From assembly GCA_016219225.1 (NCBI GenBank), contig JACRBX010000202.1, positions 741 through 64,740 of the forward strand: a stretch of 64,000 nt of DNA, in the 5' to 3' direction. The position numbers and the translations under genes were made by a program. The notes beneath the pieces are model-generated. The model did no database searches and was not told the DNA's origin. It worked only from the letters and a program-made list of their open reading frames with translations. The stretch comes from Deltaproteobacteria bacterium. GTDB taxonomy: Bacteria; Desulfobacterota; RBG-13-43-22. The first letter of the stretch is position 1. Each line of letters starts with the position of its first letter. Positions 1-9,608 of this stretch are shown piece by piece.

Positions 1-399
1 TAATCCGTTTCTGGTTTCTAACTAAAATTCGACCGCCAATAATGAATAATCTAAAAAAACAAGATGATAGATATTTGAAGAAGGGAAAAGAGAGGGTATT
101 GATTAAAATGGTATCACCTTTGCATGAAAGTATTCTTAATAAAATTTCAAAAGGGAAACAGGCTTTCCCGGAACCGTTCCCTGGCAGTCTTCACCGGGGA
201 TAAAATCACGCTTTTCCAAAAAATGACCCTTCAGCAATCAACGATCGGAATAGAGTGATCTTAAAATGATAGACACAAATTCCATTTTTTCTCCACGAGT
301 TGGTTTTAAGGACTTAAAAAAAGGGGCTTACAGCCCGATTCCATTTCCCGTTTCTTGATCCACTTAAAAAGTAAATAAACAAAGTCGATAAATAAATTA

Positions 400-449
400 T
401 TGACTTCTTTTTCAAAATTGATTATATCGGTCGCCAGTCGACAGTCTAC
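400..449 (+). promoter_or_regulatory. Putative sigma70 promoter with candidate GntR operator (GTCGCCAGTCGACAGTCTAC, 430-449)
   Basis: TTGACT at 400-405 in an AT-rich region. The 20-mer at 430-449 recurs with one mismatch at 17300-17319, upstream of a GntR gene. Confidence 0.6.
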
Positions 450-473
450 AAAAAAGCATAAAGGATGGCGAAT

Positions 474-1667
474 ATGACAAGGGCACTGGAAGGAATCAGG
501 GTTCTGGATCTGGGCAGCTATGTGGCCGCTCCCTATTGCTGTATGCTCCTGGCCGACCATGGGGCGGAGGTGATCCGGGCCGAACCGCCCGGGGGTAAGG
601 TGGACCGGGAGTTGGGGCCCTTTTCTTCGGAGGGCCAGCCTATCACCTATGGGTTGACCGTTCAGCGGAATAAAAAGAATATTACCCTGAATTTAAGATC
701 CGAAAGAGGAAAAGGTCTCCTCGAAGAGTTGGTTAAAAAAATGGATGTCCTCGTGCATAACTACCCCATGGGATCACAAGAGGCCGCCTTGCTCACCTAT
801 AAACGATTGAGCGGTATCAATCCGGCTCTGGTGGTGACGGCTATCTCTGGCTTCGGGCAAACCGGCCCTTATGCCGAACGGCTTTGTTTTGATTCCATTG
901 CCCAGGCCATGTCCGGCTATATGAGTTTCTCCGGTTATCCGGGATCCCCGCCGCTCAAGGCCTCCCTGCCATTTATAGATTACAATACGGCCGCCCGGGC
1001 CGCCCTGGGGACCATGCTGGCCCTCTTCGAGCGCAAAACCAGCGGGCAGGGGCAACTGGTGGATATCGCCCTCTTCGATGTAGCCTTTTCCATAACCGCC
1101 GCATCGGGCTGCGCCGCTGAATATAAGATGCTCGGGGAACTTCGAAAGCAAATCGGTAACTGCGGGTTTTATGCCTATGGCGGTAGTTGCCGGGCCAGGG
1201 ACGGTTACCTGATGATCAACATCATCGGCAACAATATCTGGCGTCGTATATGCCGGGTTATGGACCGGGAAGATTTGATTTCCGACCCCCGTTTTAAGGA
1301 TAACCTGAGCCGCTACCGGAACTATGAGTCGATCGATGTTATTTTAAACGAATGGATTAAAGAAAAGACCGTTGCCGAAGCCCGGCAGAACCTGGAAAAG
1401 GCCGGTGTCCCTTGCGGTCCGGTTAATGATGTTCCGGGGTCTCTGGAGGTGCCGCAGGTGGAAGCCCGGGAAATGCTGGTGGAAGTCGATTATCCGGGCA
1501 CTGGTAAGGTGCCGGTACCCGGGGTGGATATCAAGCTGTCGAGGACTCCCGGACAGGTGGCCAAACGGGCCTCTTTTCTGGGAGAGGACAACGAGGCCGT
1601 TTATTGCGGACTTCTCGGCTATAAGCCGGATGATCTCTTAAGGTTCGAACAGGAAAAAGCCATCTGA
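474..1667 (+). CDS. Family III (CaiB/BaiF) CoA-transferase
   Basis: RVLDLG..AAPYC.MLLADHGAEVIR.E, RNKK.ITLNL, SGFGQTGP, catalytic-position Asp in PFIDYNTA. ATG 474 is preferred over 465 (AAGGA upstream, and it matches the start of the paralog at 33047). Confidence 0.93.
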   Translation: MTRALEGIRVLDLGSYVAAPYCCMLLADHGAEVIRAEPPGGKVDRELGPFSSEGQPITYGLTVQRNKKNITLNLRSERGKGLLEELVKKMDVLVHNYPMGSQEAALLTYKRLSGINPALVVTAISGFGQTGPYAERLCFDSIAQAMSGYMSFSGYPGSPPLKASLPFIDYNTAARAALGTMLALFERKTSGQGQLVDIALFDVAFSITAASGCAAEYKMLGELRKQIGNCGFYAYGGSCRARDGYLMINIIGNNIWRRICRVMDREDLISDPRFKDNLSRYRNYESIDVILNEWIKEKTVAEARQNLEKAGVPCGPVNDVPGSLEVPQVEAREMLVEVDYPGTGKVPVPGVDIKLSRTPGQVAKRASFLGEDNEAVYCGLLGYKPDDLLRFEQEKAI

Positions 1668-1711
1668 ATTTATCTGTTGTGGGTTGAGCGTTAAGAAAAT
1701 AAGGAGGCATT

Positions 1712-2911
1712 ATGAAAAAGGGAAGAACTATTATTGGGTTACTGGGTATTTTTTTGTCAGTATTTCTTATCGGAACCCCCGACCTCATGGCCCAAAGCCC
1801 CAAGGGTTTAAAAATCGGGGTCTCAACCACTTTAACCGGGCCGGCCTCCTTTATAGGATGGCATGATAAAAATGGGGCCATCCTGACGGCCGAAGAGATT
1901 AACGAACGGGGAGGGGTCACCATAAAAGGGGAAAAGCATAAGGTCGAATTGGAAATATTTGATAACGAGACCAAGCCTGCTAAGGCCGTGGAAGGGATGC
2001 GTCTGTTTGCCGAGAAGGGCATCCATATCTCCCTCGGACCTCAATTGACCCCCATCACCCTGGCCTCCCTGAAATTCAACGAAGAGCTGAAGATCATCTT
2101 TGCTTCTTATAATACCACTCCTGAAGTCTTCGAACAGGGTAATAAGCTCCTCTTAAGCGCTACAGCCAACCAGAAATGGACCATGGGCTTGAGCACCTAT
2201 ACTGCCGCCAAAATATTGAAGGTGAAACGAGTGGCCCTTCTTCTGGATACCACCGGATTCGGGAGGTCGGTGGAGAAGCGCTTCAGCGAGTATTTTAAAA
2301 AATTCGGCGGAGAAGTGGTGGCCGTGGAGTGGTATGATATGGGTTCTACGGACTTCTATCCTCAGCTCACCCGGCTGAAGGCCAAAAATCCGGATGGAAT
2401 CCAAATCGGTGGGGCGGCAGCCGAGGTGGTAACCCTCATCCGTCAGGCCCGGGAGGTCCTGGGGAAAAAGATTTTGATCCTGGGATCGGATTATGTCAAG
2501 TTCGATCAATTGAAAAAAGCCGGCCTGGAGGTGTCTGAAAACACTTTAATCCCCCTCTCCGGGTTCCATATCATCGACAATAAGGCCCATAAGGAATTTG
2601 TCAAGAAATATAAAGACCGTTTTGGTTCCGAACCGGAGACCTATGCCGCATTAGTCCGTGACGAAATGCTTTATTTGACCCGGGCGGCGGAAATCGCCGG
2701 AACGGCCACGGATGCTTTTAAGATTCGAGAGGCCGTGGACAAGGCCATCGTCGAGCTGGATTCCCAGGGGAGGCTCATATCCGGGGCCCATGGCGGGTTT
2801 TTGCCCTCAGGGCTGGCCAAGAATTATTATATCAGCTCCAACCTGCTGCAGAACGGTAAACTGGTTCGTATCAAGACCATTTCCAGCCTGAAGGAAATCG
2901 GGGTGGAGTAG
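1712..2911 (+). CDS. Liv-type (branched-chain amino acid family) ABC transporter substrate-binding protein
   Basis: Signal peptide, KIGVSTTLTGPAS, TDFYPQLTRLK; AGGAGG RBS. Confidence 0.92.
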   Translation: MKKGRTIIGLLGIFLSVFLIGTPDLMAQSPKGLKIGVSTTLTGPASFIGWHDKNGAILTAEEINERGGVTIKGEKHKVELEIFDNETKPAKAVEGMRLFAEKGIHISLGPQLTPITLASLKFNEELKIIFASYNTTPEVFEQGNKLLLSATANQKWTMGLSTYTAAKILKVKRVALLLDTTGFGRSVEKRFSEYFKKFGGEVVAVEWYDMGSTDFYPQLTRLKAKNPDGIQIGGAAAEVVTLIRQAREVLGKKILILGSDYVKFDQLKKAGLEVSENTLIPLSGFHIIDNKAHKEFVKKYKDRFGSEPETYAALVRDEMLYLTRAAEIAGTATDAFKIREAVDKAIVELDSQGRLISGAHGGFLPSGLAKNYYISSNLLQNGKLVRIKTISSLKEIGVE

Positions 2912-2918
2912 GGGCCAA

Positions 2919-3791
2919 ATGGGAACAGCCATCTTTCTGCAACAGGTGATCAACGGATTGGTGGTCGGGTCGATTTATGCCATGGTGGCCCTGGGTTTGA
3001 CCCTGATATTCGGCATCCTGCACATCGGCAATTTTGCCCATGGACAACTCTACATGCTCGGCGCCTTTGCCACCTATTGGATGGTCACGCTCTGGGGATG
3101 GAATATCTGGCTGGCTATGCTTGCGGCCATGGGACTCATGGCCCTTTTGGGCATCATTCTGGAGCGCATGGTCTTCCGGCCGGTCCATTCCGCCCCCCAT
3201 ATCAACGGGCTTATTGTCGCCCTGGGGCTCTTCATTGTCCTGGAGAATCTGGCTTTTATTCTCTGGGGCGGCGAAGAACGCATGTTGCCCTCACCCTATG
3301 CCACCAAAACAATTTCCTTCCTGAGCCTCACATTAACCATCCAGCGTCTCCTGGTCTTCATCGTAGCCGTTCTTTTGATCTTCTTACTTTACCTGTTTAT
3401 TCAGCGAACCAAAATGGGTAAGGCCATCCGGGCCGTGGCCCTGGATTCCGAGGTGGCTCGATTGATGGGTATCCCGATCCATCGTATCTCGGCTACGGTC
3501 TTTGCCGTCAGTTCGGCCCTGGCTGCGGCCGCCGGGGCCCTGGTCGGGCCGATTTTTTCGGTTTTTCCGGCCATGGGCTTGAGTCCTATCCTCAAGGCCT
3601 TTGTGGTGATCGTCATCGGAGGCATGGGTTCCATCCCGGGGGCGATTTTTGGCGGGTATGTTCTGGGCATAGCCGAAAGCCTGGGCGCCGGCTACCTTTC
3701 CTCCCAGTATAAAGACGGGTTCGCTTTTTTGGCTTTGATTGTGGTCCTGATGATTAAACCCACCGGGTTATTCGGAAAAAAAGAGGGATAA
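2919..3791 (+). CDS. LivH-like ABC permease
   Basis: NGLVVGSIYAMVALGLTLIFG..NFAHG, GGMGSIPGA. Confidence 0.95.
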   Translation: MGTAIFLQQVINGLVVGSIYAMVALGLTLIFGILHIGNFAHGQLYMLGAFATYWMVTLWGWNIWLAMLAAMGLMALLGIILERMVFRPVHSAPHINGLIVALGLFIVLENLAFILWGGEERMLPSPYATKTISFLSLTLTIQRLLVFIVAVLLIFLLYLFIQRTKMGKAIRAVALDSEVARLMGIPIHRISATVFAVSSALAAAAGALVGPIFSVFPAMGLSPILKAFVVIVIGGMGSIPGAIFGGYVLGIAESLGAGYLSSQYKDGFAFLALIVVLMIKPTGLFGKKEG

Positions 3792-3799
3792 GGATTTTT

Positions 3800-4744
3800 A
3801 TGAAAAACAAGATCGGTTTGGTAACACTTCTGACGGCGCTGGTTATTTTACCTTTTTTCCTCTCCAAGACGCTGCTCCACCTGGCCGTTATCATCGAAAT
3901 TCATGCTATTCTGACCCTGAGCCTGTGCCTGGTGGTGGGCTATGTGGGACAACTTTCCCTCTGTCATGCCGGGTTCTATGGCATCGGGGCCTATACCTCG
4001 GCTCTGTTGACCTTTGCCCATTGGCCCTTCTGGATAACCCTGCCCCTATCCGGGGTCGTCAGCGGTCTCTTCGGCCTTTTCGTCGGCTTTCCTTCGCTCA
4101 AAACCAGGGGGATCTATTTTTCCATCACTACCATGTCCTTCGGGGTGCTTATCGCCATGGTGTTGAATAACTGGATCTCCCTGACCAACGGTCCGGACGG
4201 GTTATCGGGGATCAAAAGTCCGGAGCCCATCTCCCTTTTTAATGGGGCAGCCCTGTCTTTTAAGAATCCTATCCATTATTATTTTCTGGTGGGCTTTTTC
4301 CTGTTGTTTACCGTCCTGGTCATCAGTCGCCTTTTACGGTCCCGGGTCGGACGGGCCTTTATCGGGGTTCGGAACAACGAGACCCTGGCCTGGTCCCTAG
4401 GTATTAATTCGATGCGCTACAAATTGACTGCCTTTATTATCGCTGCTGTTTTTGCCGGATTGGCCGGAAGCCTGTATGCCCATTATCTGCGTTATATCTG
4501 CCCGAAGGATTTCGGACTTCACGAATCCTTCGACATGCTGGTCATGGTGGTGGTGGGTGGGGCCCAGACCCTTCTGGGGCCCATAGTCGGTGCCCTGTTT
4601 GTTCTGGGCCTGCCTAAATTTTTCGGATTTGAACCGGTCTACGGACGGGTGGCCTTCGGCATCATTCTGATTATGGTCATGATCTTCATGCCCCGGGGCA
4701 TCGTAGGAAAATGGCAGGAGTATTTTAAGTCATCCAGAGGATAA
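3800..4744 (+). CDS. LivM-like ABC permease
   Basis: GYVGQLSLCHAGFYGIGAY, LTNGPDG, SRVGRAF. Confidence 0.93.
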   Translation: MKNKIGLVTLLTALVILPFFLSKTLLHLAVIIEIHAILTLSLCLVVGYVGQLSLCHAGFYGIGAYTSALLTFAHWPFWITLPLSGVVSGLFGLFVGFPSLKTRGIYFSITTMSFGVLIAMVLNNWISLTNGPDGLSGIKSPEPISLFNGAALSFKNPIHYYFLVGFFLLFTVLVISRLLRSRVGRAFIGVRNNETLAWSLGINSMRYKLTAFIIAAVFAGLAGSLYAHYLRYICPKDFGLHESFDMLVMVVVGGAQTLLGPIVGALFVLGLPKFFGFEPVYGRVAFGIILIMVMIFMPRGIVGKWQEYFKSSRG

Positions 4745-4748
4745 TTAA

Positions 4749-5519
4749 ATGAACATCCTTGAAATGGAAGAGGTCTGTAAATCTTTCGGTGGATTAGCTG
4801 CCGTAACCAAACTGAATTTTTCCCTTTCCAGTCCTCAAGAAATTTTGGGCCTTATCGGGCCCAATGGGGCCGGTAAAACTACGGTCTTTAATCTGATTAC
4901 CGGGCTTCACCATCCCACGAACGGGAAGATCCGGTTCAAGGGGCAAGAGATCGGAGGGGAAAAACCCTACCGGATAGCCAGGCAGGGAATCTCCCGAACC
5001 TTCCAGACCACCTCCCTCTTTTTTGAGGAAACCGTTTTAACCAATATGTTGATTTCCCGGCATTGCCGCTTAAAATCAGGGCTTTGGGGGGCACTGGCTA
5101 TCCCAGGTGCGACGAGAGAAGAAGAGCGAAAAGCCTTTGAAAAGGCAGGAGAGATCCTGGAAGATACCGGCCTCGGGTCAAAGGCGAAAGATTATCCCCA
5201 TAATCTGACTAATGCCGAGCAGCGCATGCTGATGATTGCCATGGCCCTGGCCACGGACCCGGCCCTTATCCTTCTCGATGAACCTTTTGCCGGAATGAGG
5301 CACCATGAGACGGAAGTCCTTATGGAGTTGGTTCGAAAAATCAGCGGCTGGGGGATCGCCACGATTCTGATCGAGCACGACATGAAGGTGGTCATGAATA
5401 TCTGTGATCGCCTTGTGGTCTTGAATTTCGGGACAAAGATCGCTGAAGGCACACCTGACGAAATCAGGACCAACCCCCAGGTGGTCGAAGCCTACCTGGG
5501 CAGGAGAAGCCATGCTTAA
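4749..5519 (+). CDS. LivG-like ABC ATPase
   Basis: Walker A GPNGAGKTT, LLDEPFAG, EHDM, C-terminal VVEAYLG. Confidence 0.95.
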   Translation: MNILEMEEVCKSFGGLAAVTKLNFSLSSPQEILGLIGPNGAGKTTVFNLITGLHHPTNGKIRFKGQEIGGEKPYRIARQGISRTFQTTSLFFEETVLTNMLISRHCRLKSGLWGALAIPGATREEERKAFEKAGEILEDTGLGSKAKDYPHNLTNAEQRMLMIAMALATDPALILLDEPFAGMRHHETEVLMELVRKISGWGIATILIEHDMKVVMNICDRLVVLNFGTKIAEGTPDEIRTNPQVVEAYLGRRSHA

Positions 5520-6216
5520 GATTAGAAGTCTATCCGTCCATTACAGCAATATCCAGGTCTTGAAAGAAGTATCCCTTGATATCGAGGCCGGGGAGATCGT
5601 CGCCTTCATCGGGGCCAATGGGGCGGGGAAAACAACCACCCTGAAGGGCATCTCGGGCCTGAAAGGGATCTCCTCCGGGACCATCGAATTCTTGGGACAG
5701 GAGATCAATAGCCTGTCGCCCGAAGCGATCGTCCGGAAAGGCATTGCCCACTGCCCGGAGGGAAGGCGGATTTTTTCCGAACTCACGGTGAAGGAAAATC
5801 TGGAGATAGGGGCCTATTGCCGGAATGACCGGGCCGGCGTTTCTCAGGATATGGAAGAGGTCATGTCTTTTTTCCCGATTCTCAAAGAGAAACAGGCCCA
5901 GTCCGGAGGGACCCTTTCCGGCGGCCAACAGCAGATGCTGGCCATCGCCCGGTCCCTGATGGCCCGCCCCAAACTTCTGATGCTCGACGAACCTTCTCTG
6001 GGACTGGGACCGATCATCGTGGATGAAATTTTTTCCATCATCCACCGGATCAGTCAGCAAGGAACCACCATTTTGCTTGTGGAGCAAAACGCCCGAATGG
6101 CCCTGGAATTGGCCCATAAGGCCTATGTCCTGGAAACGGGGGCCATAACGCTCCAGGGAAAGGCCTCCGAACTGATTGATAACGACCATGTCATCAAAGC
6201 CTACCTGGGGGGATGA
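5512..6216 (+). CDS. LivF-like ABC ATPase
   Basis: GANGAGKTT, PEGRRIF, LSGGQQQMLA, LLVEQNA, KAYLG. Confidence 0.95.
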   Translation: MLKIRSLSVHYSNIQVLKEVSLDIEAGEIVAFIGANGAGKTTTLKGISGLKGISSGTIEFLGQEINSLSPEAIVRKGIAHCPEGRRIFSELTVKENLEIGAYCRNDRAGVSQDMEEVMSFFPILKEKQAQSGGTLSGGQQQMLAIARSLMARPKLLMLDEPSLGLGPIIVDEIFSIIHRISQQGTTILLVEQNARMALELAHKAYVLETGAITLQGKASELIDNDHVIKAYLGG

Positions 6217-6310
6217 AACGAAGGGAAAGGCTGTTGCGGGTTAAGAAATCAAAACCATTTCACACCCAACGTACAACACGCAACTCGATAATTTAGGAAT
6301 TTGCATTTGG

Positions 6311-6463
6311 ACACAGATGAACACAGATTACCAGGATTTAACTTGAAAAAAGTTTCAAGTTTCAAGTGGCAAGATTCAGGTTGCAGGTTTTCGCTTTGAG
6401 CTTTCAGCTTTGAGCTTATTTCTTGAACCTGCGGGTATCGACGAAAATCTGCGTCCTAATTTA
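6311..6463. repeat. Dispersed intergenic repeat family A (TTTCAAG/TTGCAAG heptamers plus TTTTCGCTTTGAGC...TTATTTCTTGAACC core), preceded by ACACAGATG nonamers
   Basis: Homologous to 13092-13184 and 63748-63840; this copy carries a 14-nt (two-heptamer) insertion in the core. Confidence 0.85.
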
Positions 6464-6516
6464 TAATGGGTTACAGAGATATTTTAACTGTCTATGGTTT
6501 CATTGAAGAGGATTGC

Positions 6517-7728
6517 ATGGTTGATCAAGGGCTAACCGGCATTAAAGTACTCGATCTCACCTGGCACATTGCCGGACCTTATTGTACTAAATACATGGCC
6601 GATTCCGGGGCCGACGTCATCAAGTTGGAACGGCCGGGTTCCGGAGACCCGGCCAGGAACCTGCCCCCGTTTTTTAAGGATGATCCGCATCCCGAGAAAA
6701 GCGGTTTGTTTTTGCATCTGAACACCAATAAACGGGGCATCACACTCAACCTGAAGACGGAGACGGGCCGGACCATTTTCAAGGAACTGGTTAAGGATTC
6801 GGACCTGCTGGTGGAAAGCTTCCGTCCCCATGTCATGCCGGACCTGGGACTCGGTTATGAGGTGTTGGAAAAATTAAATCCCAGGCTGATTATGGTTTCC
6901 ATCTCCAGTTTCGGACAGACCGGACCGTATAAAGAGTTCAAGGCCACGGACATGATTATCTATGGCATGGGCGGGGCCATGTTCTGGACCGGTCTTCCGG
7001 AACGGGAGCCTTTGCGCCTCGGGGGTACGGTGACCTCCTGTCAGGTGGGGGTCATGGCGGCCACGGCCGCCATGCTGGCCCTTTATGGGGCGGAAAAAAG
7101 GGGCTATGGAGAGCATATTGATGTCTCGGCTTATGAGGTAACCCGGGGGGACATCGACCGGGCCTCAACGGACCTGACGGCTTATCAGTATTGCGGCGAC
7201 TATGATGAGAGGCAGGCCTCCGGAACCATTCAGTATCCCTATGGCGTCTATCCCTGCAAGGACGGCTTTTTTGATCTGGCCGGAGGCGGCGTGGTCTTCT
7301 TTCCCAGGGTAGCCCGTATGCTGGGACGGCCCGAACTTACCCGGGATTATGGCACGGCCGAAGCCCAGGCGGACGGGCAGCGCAAAGAGGAGTTCCTTTC
7401 AAGTATCTTCCAGCCCTGGTTGATGGAGCGCACCCGGAATGAATTATGGGCAGCGGCCCAAAAGGCCAATATCCTGAGCGGCCCCATTTTTAATTCTGAG
7501 GATCTCCTGGAAGACCCGCACTACCGGAAGAGAAATTATTGGCAGGAGATAGAGCACCCTGTAACCGGCAAGCTCCTTTATCCGGGGGCCCCTTACCGTG
7601 CTGAAGGGATGGCCTGGGATATTAGAAGTCCGGCGCCGCTTCTCGGCCAGCATAACGGGGAAGTCTTCGGAGCCATGGGGTATTCGGAAGAGGAAATAAC
7701 GAAGCTTAAAGAGGATGGGGTCATTTAG
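6517..7728 (+). CDS. Family III CoA-transferase, BbsE-like subunit (catalytic Asp apparently absent)
   Basis: KVLDLTWHIAGPYC, PHPEKSGLFLHLNTNKRGITLNL; no Asp in LRLGGTVTSCQVG. Start ATG 6517 follows GAGG. Confidence 0.88.
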   Translation: MVDQGLTGIKVLDLTWHIAGPYCTKYMADSGADVIKLERPGSGDPARNLPPFFKDDPHPEKSGLFLHLNTNKRGITLNLKTETGRTIFKELVKDSDLLVESFRPHVMPDLGLGYEVLEKLNPRLIMVSISSFGQTGPYKEFKATDMIIYGMGGAMFWTGLPEREPLRLGGTVTSCQVGVMAATAAMLALYGAEKRGYGEHIDVSAYEVTRGDIDRASTDLTAYQYCGDYDERQASGTIQYPYGVYPCKDGFFDLAGGGVVFFPRVARMLGRPELTRDYGTAEAQADGQRKEEFLSSIFQPWLMERTRNELWAAAQKANILSGPIFNSEDLLEDPHYRKRNYWQEIEHPVTGKLLYPGAPYRAEGMAWDIRSPAPLLGQHNGEVFGAMGYSEEEITKLKEDGVI

Positions 7729-7789
7729 ACAGTATTTTGGAAACAGCCGAGGGCGGCTGTTCTACATTAAAAAATTCTATATTCGCACT

Positions 7790-7934
7790 AAGCCCTCATG
7801 TCCGCGTGAGCACCACGAAGCATGAAAAAACCGAATTTTTAATTTCGAATAATGAATATCGAAGGAGAGTTTCTTTAAAATTCCGAAATCCGAAATCCGA
7901 AATCGAAAATCGGATTCAATTTTCGAACTAAGGA
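7790..7934. repeat. Dispersed repeat family B (CCCTCATG...CACCACGAAGCATGAAAA module plus AATATCG/AAATCCG heptamers)
   Basis: 7861-7903 is nearly identical to 55220-55262; the left module matches 40631, 58661 and, inverted, 51038. Confidence 0.85.
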
Positions 7935-7943
7935 GATTATATA

Positions 7944-9257
7944 ATGGAGGGGTTGTATCTTGAAGGAATAAGGGTGGTGGATATCACCGTGGTCTGGGCC
8001 GGACCCTATGCGACGCAGATTCTGGCCGACTGGGGGGCGGAGGTCATTCGGATAGAGTCCTGTCAGCACTGGATGGTCCATACCCGGGGCACCCAGGCCA
8101 GGCCGCCGCAGGATACCATAAACCGCCAAACCTCTTTGCCCTGGTATCGGGGATATCCGGGATGGAAGGCCCACCCCAGGTCCTGGAACCGATTTCCCTG
8201 GTTCAATACCCATGCCAGAAATAAGCTTTCCATGACAGTGGATCTAAGCCGGCCGGAAGGGATGGATATATTCTGGAGGTTGATCGGGGAAGCGGATATT
8301 TTTATAGAAAACAACTCACCGGATACCCTGGATAAAATGGGCATTACCTATGAAAAGCTCCAGGAACAGAAACCGGATATCATCATGATCCGGATGCCCG
8401 GCTGGGCCCTGAGCGGGCCCTACCGGAATTATCGGGCCTTCGGATCGCACATGGAACATACCTGCGGTCATAGCGCTATTCGGGGCTACAGGGATTTGCC
8501 ACCCACCTCGCTGACCAGTGCCTTTCACTGCGATGCGGTTTCCGGGGGCACCGCTGCCTTTGCCGCGGTGATGGCCCTGCGTCAAAGGGATCGCACCGGA
8601 AAGGGGCAGCTTATCGAGATACCCCAGATTGAAAGCATGATTCCTCAAATGGGGCAGTCTATCATGGATTACACCATGAACGGCCGGGTGCAGCAGACGG
8701 TCGGAAACTGGGACCCCTCGCTGGCCACGGCCCCCCATAATTGTTACCGCTGCCAGGGGGATGACCGCTGGATCAATATCACCGTCACCTCGGAAAAGGA
8801 ATGGCAGGCCCTTTGCCGGATTATGGAGGATCCTCCCTGGACCCGGGAGGATCGCTTTGCCGATGCCCAAAGTCGTGTCAAAAATCAGGAGGCCCTGGAC
8901 GGGTTGGTGGAAGAATGGACGATCCGGCAGGATCCTATAATGCTGATGCACCGGCTTCAGGCAGCCGGGGTCCCGGCCGGTGCGGTCTTCAATGCCGAAG
9001 ATGCCTATAAGGATCCCCAGCTTGATGAGCGGGGTTTTTTCCAGCCCTTGACCCAGGAAGACTGCGGCACCCATCTCTATCACGGACTCGACTGGAAGGC
9101 CTCCAAAACGCCCAATGCCTTGCGCTTGCCCCCATGCCGGCTGGGAGAGCACAACGAATATGTCTACAAAAAGGTCATCGGCGTCTCGGACGAGGAATAC
9201 GCCCGGTTGGAAGAGGAAGGCCATATCGGGATGGATTTCATCCCATCCATTCCCTGA
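7944..9257 (+). CDS. Family III CoA-transferase, BbsF-like subunit
   Basis: RVVDITVVWAGPYATQILADWGAEVIRIE, RNKLS; Asp in FHCDAVSG; AGGAG RBS. Confidence 0.9.
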   Translation: MEGLYLEGIRVVDITVVWAGPYATQILADWGAEVIRIESCQHWMVHTRGTQARPPQDTINRQTSLPWYRGYPGWKAHPRSWNRFPWFNTHARNKLSMTVDLSRPEGMDIFWRLIGEADIFIENNSPDTLDKMGITYEKLQEQKPDIIMIRMPGWALSGPYRNYRAFGSHMEHTCGHSAIRGYRDLPPTSLTSAFHCDAVSGGTAAFAAVMALRQRDRTGKGQLIEIPQIESMIPQMGQSIMDYTMNGRVQQTVGNWDPSLATAPHNCYRCQGDDRWINITVTSEKEWQALCRIMEDPPWTREDRFADAQSRVKNQEALDGLVEEWTIRQDPIMLMHRLQAAGVPAGAVFNAEDAYKDPQLDERGFFQPLTQEDCGTHLYHGLDWKASKTPNALRLPPCRLGEHNEYVYKKVIGVSDEEYARLEEEGHIGMDFIPSIP

Positions 9258-9280
9258 CCGGAAAGTTAAAAAAACAGCAT

Positions 9281-9331
9281 TCGGGGATCGGGGGTCGGGG
9301 GTCGGGGATCAGGGATCAGGGATCGGGGATC
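9281..9331. repeat. Heptamer tandem array (GGGGATC/GGGGGTC/AGGGATC, about 7 units)
   Basis: Read directly from the sequence. Confidence 0.9.
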
Positions 9332-9382
9332 TGTTGAAGGAAAGTTTCAGGGTTCAAGTTGCAAGTGGGACTTGACAACCCT

Positions 9383-9498
9383 GTGAAAAGTCCCCAATGC
9401 CGTCACCCCGGCGAAAGCCGGGGTCCGGAAGTAATTGAATGCCCTGGATTCCGGCTTTCGCCGGAATGAAGTTTCGCGGGGTTCGGCGATTTTTTACG
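9383..9498. repeat. Palindromic repeat family C (GTCATTCC...GGAATGAC double hairpin, REP/MITE-like)
   Basis: CCCCGGCGAAAGCCGGGG and ATTCCGGCTTTCGCCGGAAT hairpins; homologs at 14958, 28646, 43297 and 63885. Confidence 0.85.
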
Positions 9499-9539
9499 AA
9501 TTGAACGGACTTAAATTGTGAAAGAGGGGATTTTTTAAC

Positions 9540-9559
9540 TTGACAATTGTCGACAATCG
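9540..9559 (+). promoter_or_regulatory. TTGACA element abutting the palindrome ATTGTCGACAAT (candidate GntR autoregulatory operator)
   Basis: Perfect 12-bp palindrome at 9546-9557, about 50 bp upstream of a GntR gene; shares the GTCGACA core with the boxes at 430 and 17300. Confidence 0.6.
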
Positions 9560-9608
9560 TAATATTGACTTTACTAAAATCTACAAAACCCCTAACGAGG
9601 AAGTCATC

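Noticed and set aside
1-399. Gene or RNA in the first 400 nt (ORF 306-560 on the minus strand)
   Set aside because: AT-rich with no convincing motif, and the ORF overlaps the promoter and first gene; treated as intergenic, with context cut by the window edge.
4749-5519. Degenerate ABC signature in the LivG-like ATPases (LTNAEQ, LPHGLQ, LTWAQQ)
   Set aside because: LivG subunits commonly have non-canonical signatures while LivF keeps LSGG, so this is not unusual enough to report.
7737-7931. Small ORFs and N-terminal extensions reading like RNPKSEI, GSGIRDQ or NIEYR (also 9115-9375, 40661-40759, 55175-55294, 58641-58856)
   Set aside because: They are translations of intergenic heptamer arrays rather than credible proteins, and better starts with an RBS exist downstream.
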